In this document: piece after piece, positions 36,984 through 49,077 of the stretch
Position numbering within the stretch: the first letter of the stretch is position 1
Layout: every line of letters starts with the position of its first letter
From: Squalus acanthias
Lineage: Eukaryota
DNA length: 64,000 nt
Assembly: GCA_030390025.1 (NCBI GenBank)
Contig: CM059438.1
Span: forward strand, 67,334,001 to 67,398,000
Direction: 5' to 3'
Made by a program: the position numbers and the translations under genes
Notes under the pieces: generated by a model
Told to the model about the DNA's origin: nothing
What the model saw: the letters and a program-made list of their open reading frames with translations, nothing else
Databases searched by the model: none

Positions 36984-37765
36984 GAGGGAGAGAGAGAGAG
37001 GGGATCAGAGGGGGGAGTGAGAGAGGGGAGAGAGAGAGGATCGGAGGGGGAGAGAGAGGGAATCGGAGGGGGAGGGAGAGGGAATCGGAGGGGTTAGAGA
37101 GAGAGGGGGAATCAGAGGGGGGAGAGAGAGAGGAGAAGGAGGAGAGAGGGAATCAGAGGGAGAGAGAGAGAAGAGCGGAGGGGGAGAGAGAGGGAATTGG
37201 AGGGGGAGGGAGAGGGAATCGGAGGGGGAGGGAGAGGGAATCGGAGGGGGAGAGAGAGAGAGGGAATCGGAGGGGGAGAGAGAGAGAGGGAATCAGAGGG
37301 GGGAGCGAGAGAGGGGAGAGAGAGAGAGAGGATCGGAGGGGGAGAGAGAGAGAATTGGAGGGGGAGGGAGAGGGAATCGGAGGGGGAGGGAGAGGGAATC
37401 GGAGGGGGGAGAGAGAGAGAGGGAATCGGAGGGGGAGAGAGAGGGAATTGGAGGGGGAGGGAGAGGGAATCGGAGGGGGAGGGAGAGGGAATCGGAGGGG
37501 GAGGGAGAGGGAATCGGAGGGGGAGAGAGAGAGGGAATCGGAGGGGGAGAGAGAGAGAGGGAATCAGAGGGGGGAGCGAGAGAGGGGAGAGAGAGAGGAT
37601 CGGAGGGGGAGAAAGAGGGAATCGGAGGGGTCAGAGAGAGAGGGGGAATCAGAGGGGGGAGAGAGAGAGGAGAAGGAGGAGAGAGGGAATCAGAGAGGGA
37701 GAGAGAGAAGAGCGGAGGGGGAGAGAGAGGGAATTTGAGGGGGAGAGTGGATCGGAGGGGAGAGG
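36984..37765. repeat. Purine-rich minisatellite, unit ~GGAATCGGAGGGGGAG(AG)n
   Basis: ~780 bp almost entirely G/A on the plus strand, with recurring GGAATC. Confidence 0.95.
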
Positions 37766-38345
37766 AGGTCAGGTACTCCAGGGAGGATGGTCAGGAACTC
37801 GGGGTGGAGGCTAAAGAGCACAGAGAGCACAGTGGGGATGGGGGAAGAATGTGATTCAGGTCCAAAGAGGGGGCAGAATGAGAGCGAGAACGTGATCCAG
37901 ATGGTAAAACGGATCACGTTCTTCCAACCCCACCCCCTTTGCACCCGCACCACGTTCTCCCTCTCCTCCCCCTTGACCTGGTTGATTTCTCGGAAAGCTC
38001 GGTGTTTGTGTGGCAAGTGACATGATTGGACTGGACGAAATCCAGAAGTCATGACACTGTCACGATTCACTTCATACCCAATAAACCTGTTAACAATCCG
38101 TGACCCACACACAATGCCCCATCTATGGAGGGGGGGGGGAAAGGTCGGAATCTTGTTGGGGGAGAAGGTCATGAACCCGGGGGGGTTAGGAACTTGGACA
38201 GGGGGAGAAGGTCAGGAACCGGGGTGGGGTGGGTAGGTCAGGAACTCGGTGCGGGGGCGGGGGGGGGGGAGTCATCAGAAACTTGGCGGGGGGGAGGTCA
38301 GGAACTTGGGGGGATGGGGAAAGGAGGTCAGGAACCTGTTTGGGG
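37765..38345. repeat. G-rich degenerate minisatellite with a GGTCAGGAAC core
   Basis: ggtcaggaac(t/c) recurs several times between G runs. Confidence 0.7.
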
Positions 38346-39044
38346 GTTGGAGAAGGTCTTAACCCACGAGGGTGAGCCCTGTCTGTTCCAAGTGAGTTCT
38401 GTTCTGTCTGGAGTAGGCAGTCAGAATAGCTCGAATTATACTTTGCAAAGTAACTTATTACGTAGGCAGGGAGGATCTAATTACACATTCCAGAGAAGCT
38501 GCTGGGTGTGTCTTGTCCTTCAAGAGGACCAATCAGCAATCACGTCTAGTCATCCAAGGGGACCAATCAGAACTTTGGTGTTGCGAATAGACACGTTTCT
38601 ATATCAATACAAGTTATTTATTTTCTGTCACTGGACAGGGAGGAGATAGAACAGCATTGAATCCCAGTGCTATTGACATTGTACAGTTTATTGAGCCATG
38701 ATTGGAGGCTCAAAGAAGAATGGAGCAACACATCTACCATGGACCACAGGTGAAGGGGATTTCGGTCACAAGTGACCCAGGGCTGGATTATAAGCGTCAC
38801 TGCCCTACAGCCCCACCTTGAGATCTATCTTGCCTCACTGATAGATCAAAAATGCAACATCTCCTTGTGTTTGTAAAGTACTTTATTCACTAAACTTCAG
38901 TTCCAGTGAGATGTCAGCAGGCCATAATATTAACTGCTAAATAATACAATTTTTTTTTCGACAGAGAATGGATACCTGGTCTCCTGTCAGTGAGACCAGA
39001 CAACTAATGCTTACACCATGTAAAGTGGATACAGTGCTTTCACC

Positions 39045-39466
39045 TCACCCATCACCCCTGTGCTCGCTGACCTACATTGGCTCTCGGTTAAGCAACACCT
39101 CAATTTCAAAATTCTCATCCTTGTTTTCAGATTCCTCATGGCCTCGCCCCTCCCTATCTCTGAATCACCTTCAGCTCCACAACCCCCCCGAGATATCTGC
39201 GCTCCTCTAATTCTGCCCACTTGAGCATCCTTGATTATAATCGCGCAACCATTGGTGGCTGTGCCTGGGCCCTAAGCTCTGGAATTCCCAGCCTAAACCT
39301 CTCCGCCTCACTACCTCTCTTTCCTCCTTTAAGATACTCCTTAAAATCTACCTCTTTGACCAAGCTTTTGGTCACCTGCCCTAATTTTTGTCTTTTAATA
39401 CTCCTGTGAAGCGCCTTGGGACATTTTATTACATTAAAGGCGCTATATAAATACAAGTTGTTGTTG
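39045..39466 (+). mobile_element. L2 LINE 3' end
   Basis: Highly similar to 3572-4022; (GTT)n tail. Confidence 0.9.
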
Positions 39467-40454
39467 AGAAATGATTTCAGTAGAATGGAACACTTAAGCT
39501 GGAAACATATGTTAGAAAAAAATGGCAAAAGTCAGACTTTAATGGGTTATTTGGAAAAGCTGGCGTGCACTATAATTTGAAATATTTAGGTGAATAAGCC
39601 AGAGGTGAGACAGTTCAGCTGCAAAAGAAACATCACATTGTAACTGAGAATATCGTTAAGGTGCAATGTTTTTAGTGGGAGAGCTTAAGAAACAAAAATG
39701 CACATTTGTAATATTTACAGCATTGACCTTTACCCTCACCCCCCACCTTGCCCCAATCCATCAGGAATTGGGCTGCAAAACATGGGTTAATGTCTTTCTT
39801 ATTGAGAAAGCTGATTGAAGGGTCAAGGCCCTTAATCCAGGGCAGCACCAAGGTTGACAAGAGGAATGATTAGATAAATCAATAAGTAGTCATGTGATGC
39901 TAAGCTTAGGTATTTAAAGCCAGTGGACTGTAGCTGGAAGGGAGGACTCAGGAATTCCACAGTTTTGTCATTCTGGGAGAGAATGTGTTAATGTTCGAGA
40001 CGGTACAATTTCAACGCAGTGATGTTGCAGGGAAGAGGAAAAGCATATAAAACAGCATTTCGAGCTTTGTGGGAACAGGAAAGGAAAGATTCAAGGAAAA
40101 ATGATCATATGCATGTTAAAAAAGTAGAGAAAGATTGGAGGCTAGAGTTAATAAAAGGACCGGTCTCTGAACTCGGAGGGAGGGAGAGAGGTAAAAATAA
40201 TCGAGGTGTGATGTCACCAGAAAGCAGGTAAGTAATTGGTTGGTGAGTATTTCTCTCTTTTTAAACTTAAACTCTGTGGGTTGTAGTTAATAAGGCCTTT
40301 CTGGTGCAGAGTGACTGTTGGTAAACCATTTAACTGGTGTAATTTAGAGGGATTGATTTAATTTAAATCCAATTAATTAGAGGGGATACTAGCATCTATA
40401 ATCGGGCAGAGAGTGGCCATAACTAACAATAAAAAATGTAATTAATTACATAGA

Positions 40455-41407
40455 ATGGAGCAGGTGATGTGTTACTGTTGCGAGATGTGGGAGCCGGTGG
40501 ACCCCATTGAGGCTCACGGTGATTACATCTGTGACAAGTGTCTGCTGCTACAGGAACTCCAGCTCCGTATTGATGAGCTGGAGTCTGAGCTTCAGACACT
40601 GCGACACATCAGGGTGGGGGAGAAGTACCTGGACTTTGTGTTTCAGGAGGTGGTCACATCTATGAAGCTAATTAATTCAGATGTAGCCCATGGTCAGGGA
40701 CAGAACGGTGTGACTACGAGTGAGGCAGGTACGGGGATCCAGGAGGTAGTGTTGGAGGAGCCGCAGCCCTTGCTCTTGTCCAACAGGTTTGAGGTTCTTA
40801 CTCCCTGTGGGGACGGGAGCAGGGACTGCAGGGAGGATGACCAACCTGGCCACAGCACCGTGGAACGGGGGGCCATTCAAGAGGGGGTAGTAAATAGAAA
40901 TGTTGTAGTGGTAGGGGATAGTATTATTAGGGGGATAGATAGAGTTCTCTGCAGCCGAGAGCGAGAGTCCCATAGGCTGTGTTGCCTGCTCGGTGCCAGG
41001 GTTAAGGACATCTCCTCTGGGCTGGAAAGAACTTGCAGTGGGAGGGGGTGGATCCAGTTGTCGTGGTCCATGTTGGTACAAACGACGTAGATAGGACAAG
41101 GAAGCAGGTTCTGTGAAAGGAGTATGAGCAGCTCGGGGTCAAATTAAAAAACAGAACCTCAAGGGTATTAATCTTTGGATTATTACCTGAGCCACGAGCG
41201 AATTTGGCTAGGACAAATAAAATTAGAGAGTTAAATGAGTGGCTCAAAGACTGGTGTGGGAAAAATGGGTTTTGCTTCCTGGGACACTGGCACCAGTACT
41301 GGGGCAGGAGTGAGCTGTTCCGTTGGGACGGGCTTCACTTGGCCAGTGCTGGGACTAGAGTCCTGGCGGATCCTATAACTAGGGCTGTAGAGAGGGCTTT
41401 AAACTAA
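40455..41407 (+). pseudogene. CR1 ORF1 (zinc finger/leucine zipper plus SGNH esterase), frameshifted
   Basis: CYCC..CDKC, coiled coil, LSNRFEVL, VVVGDSIIRG and WDGLHL motifs; frameshift near 41035 and a stop near 41115. Confidence 0.88.
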
Positions 41408-41587
41408 CTAGTGGGGGGGAGGTTCCTGGAGAGCAAATAATAAAAATGACAACAGAGAAGGTCATAGACTTAGGTAGCAGTGGGGAAATTAAAAGCCACA
41501 GTGTGTCAGGAAGGGGCAGAAGGTATGGAGTAAAAGGTAAAGTAATAAAAAAGGGCAAAAGCAGGAACTAAGTGTCACAAAACATAT

Positions 41588-44371
41588 TTGAAAGTTCTCT
41601 ATCTGAATGCACGTAGCATTCATAACAAAATAGACGAGTTAATGGCACAAATAACTACATATGGGTATGATCTTGTGGCCATTACAGAAACATGGCTGCA
41701 GGGTGACAATGCCTGGGAATTAAACATACCAGGTTATTTAACGATCAGGAAGGACAGGCAGGAAGGAAGGGGAGGTGGGGTGGCTATGTTAATAAAGGAA
41801 GGAATCACTGTAATACAGAGAAATGATATTGGGTCAAAAGATCAGGATAATGAAACAGTTTGGGTGGAGATAAGGAATAATAAGGGGAAAAAAACACTAG
41901 TGGGCGTAGTCTATAGGCCTCCGAACAGTTGCAACTCTGTTGGACGGAGTATCAATCGGGAAATAGTTGAGGCTTGTAATAAGGGAACATCTTTAATTAT
42001 GGGGGATTTTAACTATCATATTAATTGGACAAATCAAATTGGGCAGGGCTGCCTTGAGGATGAGTTCATTGAGTGTATTAGGGATGGGTTTCTTGAGCAG
42101 TATGTAACTGAACCAACCAGGGGGCAAGCAACCTTTCATCTGGTCCTGTGTAACGAGACAGGATTAATTAAAAATTTCCTAGTAAAGGATCCTCTTGGAA
42201 TGAGTGACCATAACATGGTTGAATTCCATATTCAATTAGAGGGTGAGAAGGTTGGATCTCAAACAAGCGTGCTAAGCTTGAATAAAGGAGACTATGAAGG
42301 TATGCGAGCGGAATTGAGTAGAGTGGATTGGGAAAATAGATTAAAGGGTAAGACGATACATGATCAGTGGTGTACATTTAAGGAGTTATTTTACAACTTC
42401 CAAAAAATATATATTCCACTGAGAAGAAAAGGGTGTAAAAGAAAAGACAGTCATCCGTGGCTAAGTAAAGACATTAAGGATAGTATTCGACTAAAAACAA
42501 GGGCTTATAAGGTAGCCAAATCTAGTGGGAGGATAGAGGATTGGGAAAACTTTAATAGACAGCAAAAAATAACAAAAAGATTGATTAAGAAAGGAAAGAT
42601 AGATTATGAAAGTAAATTAGCAAAAAATATAAAAACAGATAGTAAGAGTTTTTACAGTTATATTAAAAGAAAAAGGGTGGCTAAAGTAAATGTTGGTCCC
42701 TCAGAGGATGAGACCGGGAAATTAATGGTGGGAAATATGGAGATGGCAAATACAATGAATGAATATTTTGTATCAGTCTTTACAGTAGAGGACACTAAGA
42801 ATATCCCAACACTGGACAAACAGGGGGCTAAAGGAGGGGAGGAGCTAAACACGATCAAAATCACTAAGGAAGTGGTACTCGGTAAAATAATGGGACTCAA
42901 GGCGGATAAATCACCTGGACCTGATGGCTTACATCCTAGGGTCTTGAGGGAAGTGGCGGTAGGGATTGTGGATGCATTGGTAATAATTTTCCAAAACTCC
43001 CTGGACTCAGCAAAGATCCCGGCAGACTGGAAAACTGCTAATGTAACACCCTTATTTAAAAAGGGCAGTAGACAGAAGGCTGGAAACTATAGACCGGTTA
43101 GCCTAACATCTGTGGTAGGTAAAATTTTGGAGTCCATTATTAAGGAGACAATAACGGGACATTTGGATAATCATAATTTAATAGGACAAAGTCAGCATGG
43201 TTTTATGGAGGGGAAGTCATGTTTGACAAATTTGCTGGAGTTCTTTGAGGAAGTAACATACAGGGTGGATAAAGGGGAACCAGTGGTGTATTTAGACTTC
43301 CAAAAGGCATTTGACAAGGTGCCACACAAAAGATTATTGCTTAAGATAAAAAATCATGGGATTGGGGGTAATATTCTGGCATGGATAGAGGATTGGCTAT
43401 CTAACAGAAGGCAGAGAGTTGGGATAAATGGTTCATTCTCAGACTGGCAATCAGTAACTAGTGGTGTTCCGCAGGGGTCAGTGCTGGGTCCCCAACTCTT
43501 TACAATCTATATTAACAATTTGGAGGAGGGGACCGAGTGTAACATATCAAAGTTTGCAGATGATACTAAGATGGGAGGGAAAGTAGTGAGTGAGGAGGAC
43601 ATAAAAAATCTGCAAGGGGACATAGACAGGCTAAGTAAGTGGGCAGAGATTTGGCAGATGGAATACAATGCTGGAAAGTGTGAGGTTATGCACTTTGGCA
43701 GGAAAAATAGTAGAGCAAGTTATTATCTTAATGGCAAGAAACTGGAAAGTACTGAAGTACAAAGGGATCTGGGGGTCCTGGTGCACAAAACTCAAAAGGT
43801 TAGTATGCAGGTGCAGCAAGTGATTAAGAAGGCCAATGGAATGTTGGCTTTCATTGCTAGGGGGATAGAATATAAAAATAGGGAGGTATTGGTGAGACCG
43901 CACCTGGAATACTGCATACAGTTTTGGTGTCCATACTTAAGAAAAGACATACTTGCTCTCGAGTCAGTACAAAGAAGGTTCACTCGGTTAATCCCGGGGA
44001 TGAGGGGATGGACATATGAGGAGAGGTTGGGTAGATTGGGACTCTACTCATTGGAGTTCAGAAGAATGAGAGGCGATCTTATTGAAACATATAAGATTGT
44101 GAAGGGGTTGGATCGAGTGGATGCGGGGAGGATGTTCCCGATGATGGGTGAAACTAGAACTAGGGGGCATAGTCTTTGAATAAGGGGCTGCTCTTTCAAA
44201 ACTGAGATGAGAAGGAACTACTTCACTCAGAGGGTGATAGGTCTATGGAATATGCTGCCCCAAAAAGCTGTAGAAGCTACATCATTACATAAATTTAAAA
44301 CAGAAATAGACAGTTTCCTAGAAGTAAAGGGAATTAAGGGTTACGGGGAGCGGGCAGGAATTTGGACATGA
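41588..44371 (+). pseudogene. CR1 ORF2 (APE endonuclease plus reverse transcriptase), open for 863 aa then a premature TGA
   Basis: YLNARS, GDFN, SDH; YRPVSLTS, QHGF, LDFQKAFD, GVPQGSVLGP, FADD; stop at 44177-44179 precedes the conserved CR1 C-terminus. Confidence 0.93.
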
Positions 44372-44855
44372 GTCTAGGTTCGGATCGGTCATGGCCCTGT
44401 GGGTAGCGTAGCGGGCCCAGGGGCCGTGTAGCCTGATCCTGCTCCTATTTCGTGTGTCCAATTCTGTTAGGTTCAGGAGATGGTTCTGTGATAGTAGATT
44501 GGCGGTTAGGATCAGATCAGCCATGATCTTATTGAATGGCGGAGCAGGCTCGAGGGGCCGATTGGCCTACTCCTGCTCCTATTTCTTATGTTCTTATCAT
44601 CGACCAGACAAGATTTTTTTTGTTCCTGTCTAGCTCTCAATGTCACAACTTCAAAAAAAAATCTTCAAAACTAATGGGATCAGATCTGTGATTTTTTTTC
44701 TCACCCCCCCTCCTCACATACTTCACCTTTGCTCAAGATAAGTCACAATAGAGAGGATATTTCCTCCAAATCTCCTGATTCAATCATTTCAAGCATTCAC
44801 TGAGATTGAATACATCCACTGAGGGCATCAACTCCAATGGGTTGCCAGGTGTTCA

Positions 44856-45306
44856 GCTGTGGCCCAGCGGTAGCAGTTTCATTTCTGAGTCAGAAGGCTG
44901 TGGGTTCTAAGTCCCACTCCAGAGACTTGAGCACATAACCTAGGCTGACACTCCAGGGCAGTACTGATGGAGCGCTGCACTGTCGGAGGTGCCGTCTTTC
45001 AGATGAGATGTTAAACCGAGGCCTCTCAGGTGGACGTATAAGATCCCATGGCACCATTCGAGAAAGAGCAAGGCAGTTCTCCTGGGGTCCCGATCAACAT
45101 TTATTATTCAAACAACACCTAAAACCGATTATCTGGTTGTTCATTTTATTACTGTTTGTGGGAGCTTGCTGTGCACAATTTGGCTGCCATGTTTCCTACA
45201 TTACAACAGTGACAACACATCAAAAGTACTTCATTGGCTGTAAAGAGTTTTGGGCCATCTTGAGGTCGTGGAAGACACTATAGAAATGCAAGTCTTCCTT
45301 TCTTTC
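44856..45306 (+). mobile_element. SacSINE1-like SINE, full length
   Basis: Head gctgtggcccagcggtagc..tgagtcagaagg through tail tagaaatgcaagtcttcctttc. Confidence 0.87.
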
Positions 45307-46279
45307 TTGTATTGACGCTGACCTTATGTGCAACTCACCCACCTCAGGCTCATTACTGGTAAGTACCAGAGATGATGACTGATGGGGTGGGCTCCAGCAG
45401 CAAGCCAGCCCTGAATGATGGAAAGGCAATCATCTCAAAGTGGGATGCAGCTCCTGCTCCAGTTCTCCTCTAAATCAGCATCGATGACTATGGTGCACTG
45501 CAGTGGTCAGACTAACAGATTGCACATCAACAGAATGTGGACATCTTTGCAAATGTTCATTCAATCTCCACCACAGAGAGCCTTGAATACATTGAAATTT
45601 GTATGAAAGGGGTCATTCCTCACCTGAGAGTTTGTAGAGTTGGACTTCACAAACTCTTTCGATTTCAGTTAAATGGAAATGGAAACAACTGGCAGCTGTG
45701 TGAGAAATAGTTTGACAGTCTCTGTCGCAGCAGACTGCCGGTAGGAAGCTGTTCGCTTGCTGTGGATTGTATTGTACGGTTGAGGCACTGTTGTCTGCGG
45801 CATGTTGCACACTTGCAGCTGCACAGCAAACCATTTTGCTTTCAAGATAAGGAATTTATGTCTTTTGAAATGTAACCGTCTTGTCATGGAAAAATTAAAT
45901 CTAATTATTATTGGGCATTGCACACTGCCGCGTTGCATTGCGATGGAGTCAGTGCAGCTGAATGCTGTACTGGGTGAAGCATACTTGGGTGTAATGCTGA
46001 TAAATTGGCAGCTAAACGTGTAATCTGTTGTGAATGAGGAAGGTAATTTGTCTGTAAGGCTTGAGAAATGGATACAAGGTTTATGCTGTGTTGTTGCTTG
46101 TTATTCATCAGTATCCATTTTCCATGAAATTCATTTAACTTAGCAATTAGCACACTAAGTTTGTTGTAAATAATGCACCATGAAATCTAGTCTTATGTCG
46201 TCAGTACTTTGTGTAAACCTTTTTATACTGATAAGATTTGTACATTTTATTAATTCATTAATGCTAGGTGGCAGCAGTG

Positions 46280-46441
46280 GCTTTCTCTCTCTCTCTGAGG
46301 CAGAAGGCTGTGGGTTCAAGTCCCACGCCAGAGACTTGAGCACACAAATCTAGGCTGACACTCCCAGTGCAGTATTGAGGGAGCGCTTTGGGATGTCATG
46401 AGGTTGTGCAAGGCATTAGATAAATGCAAGTCTTTCTTTTT
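46280..46441 (+). mobile_element. Internally deleted SacSINE1-like SINE
   Basis: Head joined directly to tail at ~46383 (gagggagcgctttggga). Confidence 0.7.
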
Positions 46442-46715
46442 ACTTTAAATACTGCTAGTCCCATTGCTCCTCTGAATTTGCCTCTCCATTGCTGCCAGAG
46501 CTCCAAATTTGCCACTTAACATGTTCTTCATGTTCACTGGTTAAAGCAAGATTCATCACAGTATGCTGCTCGAACTCATTCCTTCCATGGACCTCACAAC
46601 TACTTAATTGTGAACTAAATTTGCCCTTCCTGACATTTAAAATCGAAGCGTGGTGTCACCTAACCACTGCTTCTTGATTTACCTCAACCTCTTTCGAACT
46701 CTTCAACCTTGGTTG

Positions 46716-46820
46716 TATTCTGAGGAAAGGTTATCAACCTGAAACGTTAACTCTGTTTCTCTCTCCACAGATGCTGCCGGACCCGCTGAGTATTTCCAGC
46801 ATTTCCTGTTTGTATTTGTA
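46716..46820 (+). mobile_element. Penelope-like terminal repeat with a hammerhead motif (46716-46752)
   Basis: ctgagga-a-aggtt-atc-aacct-gaaacgttaact followed by ctgtttctctctccacagatgctgcc. Confidence 0.7.
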
Positions 46821-47423
46821 TTCATCCAGTTGAGTTTTGGCCCTTCATACAGTTCTTCAATTTAAAAAAAAAAAATAATTCACCTCTGTCATCTTTTCTG
46901 ACCAAGCCACCTGTGAAAAGTTGGAAACTCAAAATGTATCTGCTCCCTGCATTCTTTATGCATTTTGGGAGGACTAACAAGGCAAGGGAATACACAATGA
47001 ATGGTAGGACCCTAGTAAGGACAGAGGATCAGAGGGATCTTGGTGTGCATGTACATAGATCCGTGAAGGCAGCAGGACAGGTAGATAAGATGGTTAAAAA
47101 GGCATATGGGATACTTGCCTTCATTAGCCGAGGCATAGAATATAAGAGCAGGGAGGTTATGATGGAGCTGTACAAAATGCTAGTTAGGCCACAGCTGGAA
47201 TACTGTGTGCAGTTCTGGTCACCACACTATAGGAAGGATGTGATTGCATTGGAGAGGGTGAGGAGATTCACCAGGATGTTACCTGGGCTGGAGCGCTTCA
47301 GCTATGAAGAGAGACTGGACAGGCTGGGGTTGTTTTCCTTGGAGCAGAGAAGGCTGAGGGGTGACCTAATTGAGGTGTACAAAATTATGAGGGGCATAGA
47401 TAGGGTAGATAGAAAGGAACCTT

Positions 47424-48882
47424 TGAAGGGATAATTACTAGTCCTAGCCCTTTCCGGGCTACCCCGGATCAGGCGTACTCCCCAGACGTTCACCTACAAC
47501 TAAAGTTAGAGAGAGCCAAATCCTATAAGATGCTTAATTGAGTCTAAAGGTCCAGACTATCTCTCCCTAAAGGAAAGGAAAGACTTGAAGATGTTACCGT
47601 CCTCCAGATAGCACTTTTAATAAGTTTAACTAGACTGTAACCTTCCGGATATTATGAGGGTCCGGAAAACTCCCCCAGAATTCTGCAACTCCTCACCAAA
47701 GAGTGTACAGATTGAGTTTGTGAGTTTGATACAGAAGTACTCTGTGAGACAATTCTAAAAATATATAGATTTATTAAAGAACCGACATGTAGTTAACAGT
47801 TGGTGAGTCAATCGCAACTTTAACAGTTCAAAATACAAATAGCATGCAATTCTTCTCAGAGATCCTTATTCTCAAATCTTAACTTCGTTACATTTTTACA
47901 TTTCGTACTTATTTCTAATCCAGGATATCCACAAAAATCAAATAAAAGTACCTTTTTTGATCCCTGAGACTAAAAGACTTAAAAACTTACAGAGCCTGCC
48001 TCTGAAGAATAAGAATCACTTTGCCCCTTTCAGCGACTTCTGACTTCCTATCTGAAAGCTTTATATTTTATACCCTTTCTCAGTGGTATATTCTTTGAAG
48101 TTTTCTGCTGATGTAAGCTAATTATCTCTGGTCATATTTCTGTTGACTTCTTTCTATTCTTATTGTCATTTCAGCTGTTATCTTGCAGACTTGTGTCTGC
48201 TGTGTAGGTGTTCATAACTTATCATAAAAAATGGTTATAACAGATGTATCTACTTGATGCCATTTTTACGAAGGTCTTCTATTGAATTCTTAAATCACCT
48301 CAGCTGGTTGTAAGCCAGACTTCGCGTCTCCTAACTGTTCCAAGTTCAATACAAAAACCATGTGATTGCTTGGTGCATCTATTGATGTCATATTTACAAA
48401 GTCTTTTGTTTGTATCTTTTACAACATGTAAATTTAAACCCACTTCAACCGAGTACATGATTGTTTTCCTAGCTATTTCAATTGTTTGTATTACAGACTT
48501 ATGTCTCCTGTTTTTCATTTGATGTCTTATTTATGAAGGCATATGGTTTTTTAATGTTCTGTGTTTCTGTTCGAAGTGTTAGTTTATAACACTTTAAACT
48601 GGGTATAGCTATTGTGTTCTTTCCAAACTGCAGACTTCTTGGAAACTCCAACCCTTTGCTTCAATAGGGCCATTGTCTCAGTGTCAACAACCAATTCCCA
48701 TTTCAAAAGCTTGTATGGTGTTTACAGCTTTGTGACTCATCTTATCTCAGAAGCCTGTATTTACAGCTTGTGTCGTTGAGGCTTTTAGATTTTTAAACCC
48801 AGTTTGTCATATTTTAATAAAGTCAAAATTCTGTTCATAGGATGGTGTATTTTTCTGAATAGGTATGGCTCATTCCTTTACA
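47424..48882 (-). mobile_element. Solo LTR (retrovirus or LTR retrotransposon), 1459 bp
   Basis: TG...CA ends with a short inverted repeat (tgaagggat / attcctttaca); exact 4-bp TSD CCTT; minus-strand TATA-like box at ~48060-48073 and AATAAA at 47770-47775. Confidence 0.85.
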
Positions 48883-49077
48883 CCTTTCCCCTTAGTAGAG
48901 GGGTCAATCAACAGGGGGCATAGTTGCAAGGTAAGGGGCAGGAGGTTTAGAGGGGATTTGAGGAAAAACTTTGGAATCTGGAACTCACTGCCTGAAAGGA
49001 TGGTAGAGGCAGGAACCCTCACAACATTCAAGAAGCATTTAGATGAGCACGCCTCTTTCTGTGCTGTATAACTCTAT

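Larger units (their letters stand above)
40115..44597 (+). mobile_element. Near full-length CR1 LINE
   Basis: 5' UTR (start approximate), ORF1, ORF2, 3' UTR and ttcttatgttcttat tail. Confidence 0.93.

Noticed and set aside
36830..37814. 302-aa and 205-aa Arg/Glu/Gly-rich ORFs
   Set aside because: They are translations of the GA-rich minisatellite, which lacks stop codons by composition
48300..48518. 72-aa ORF in the LTR as a foamy-virus accessory gene
   Set aside because: Short, with no recognisable similarity; consistent with chance
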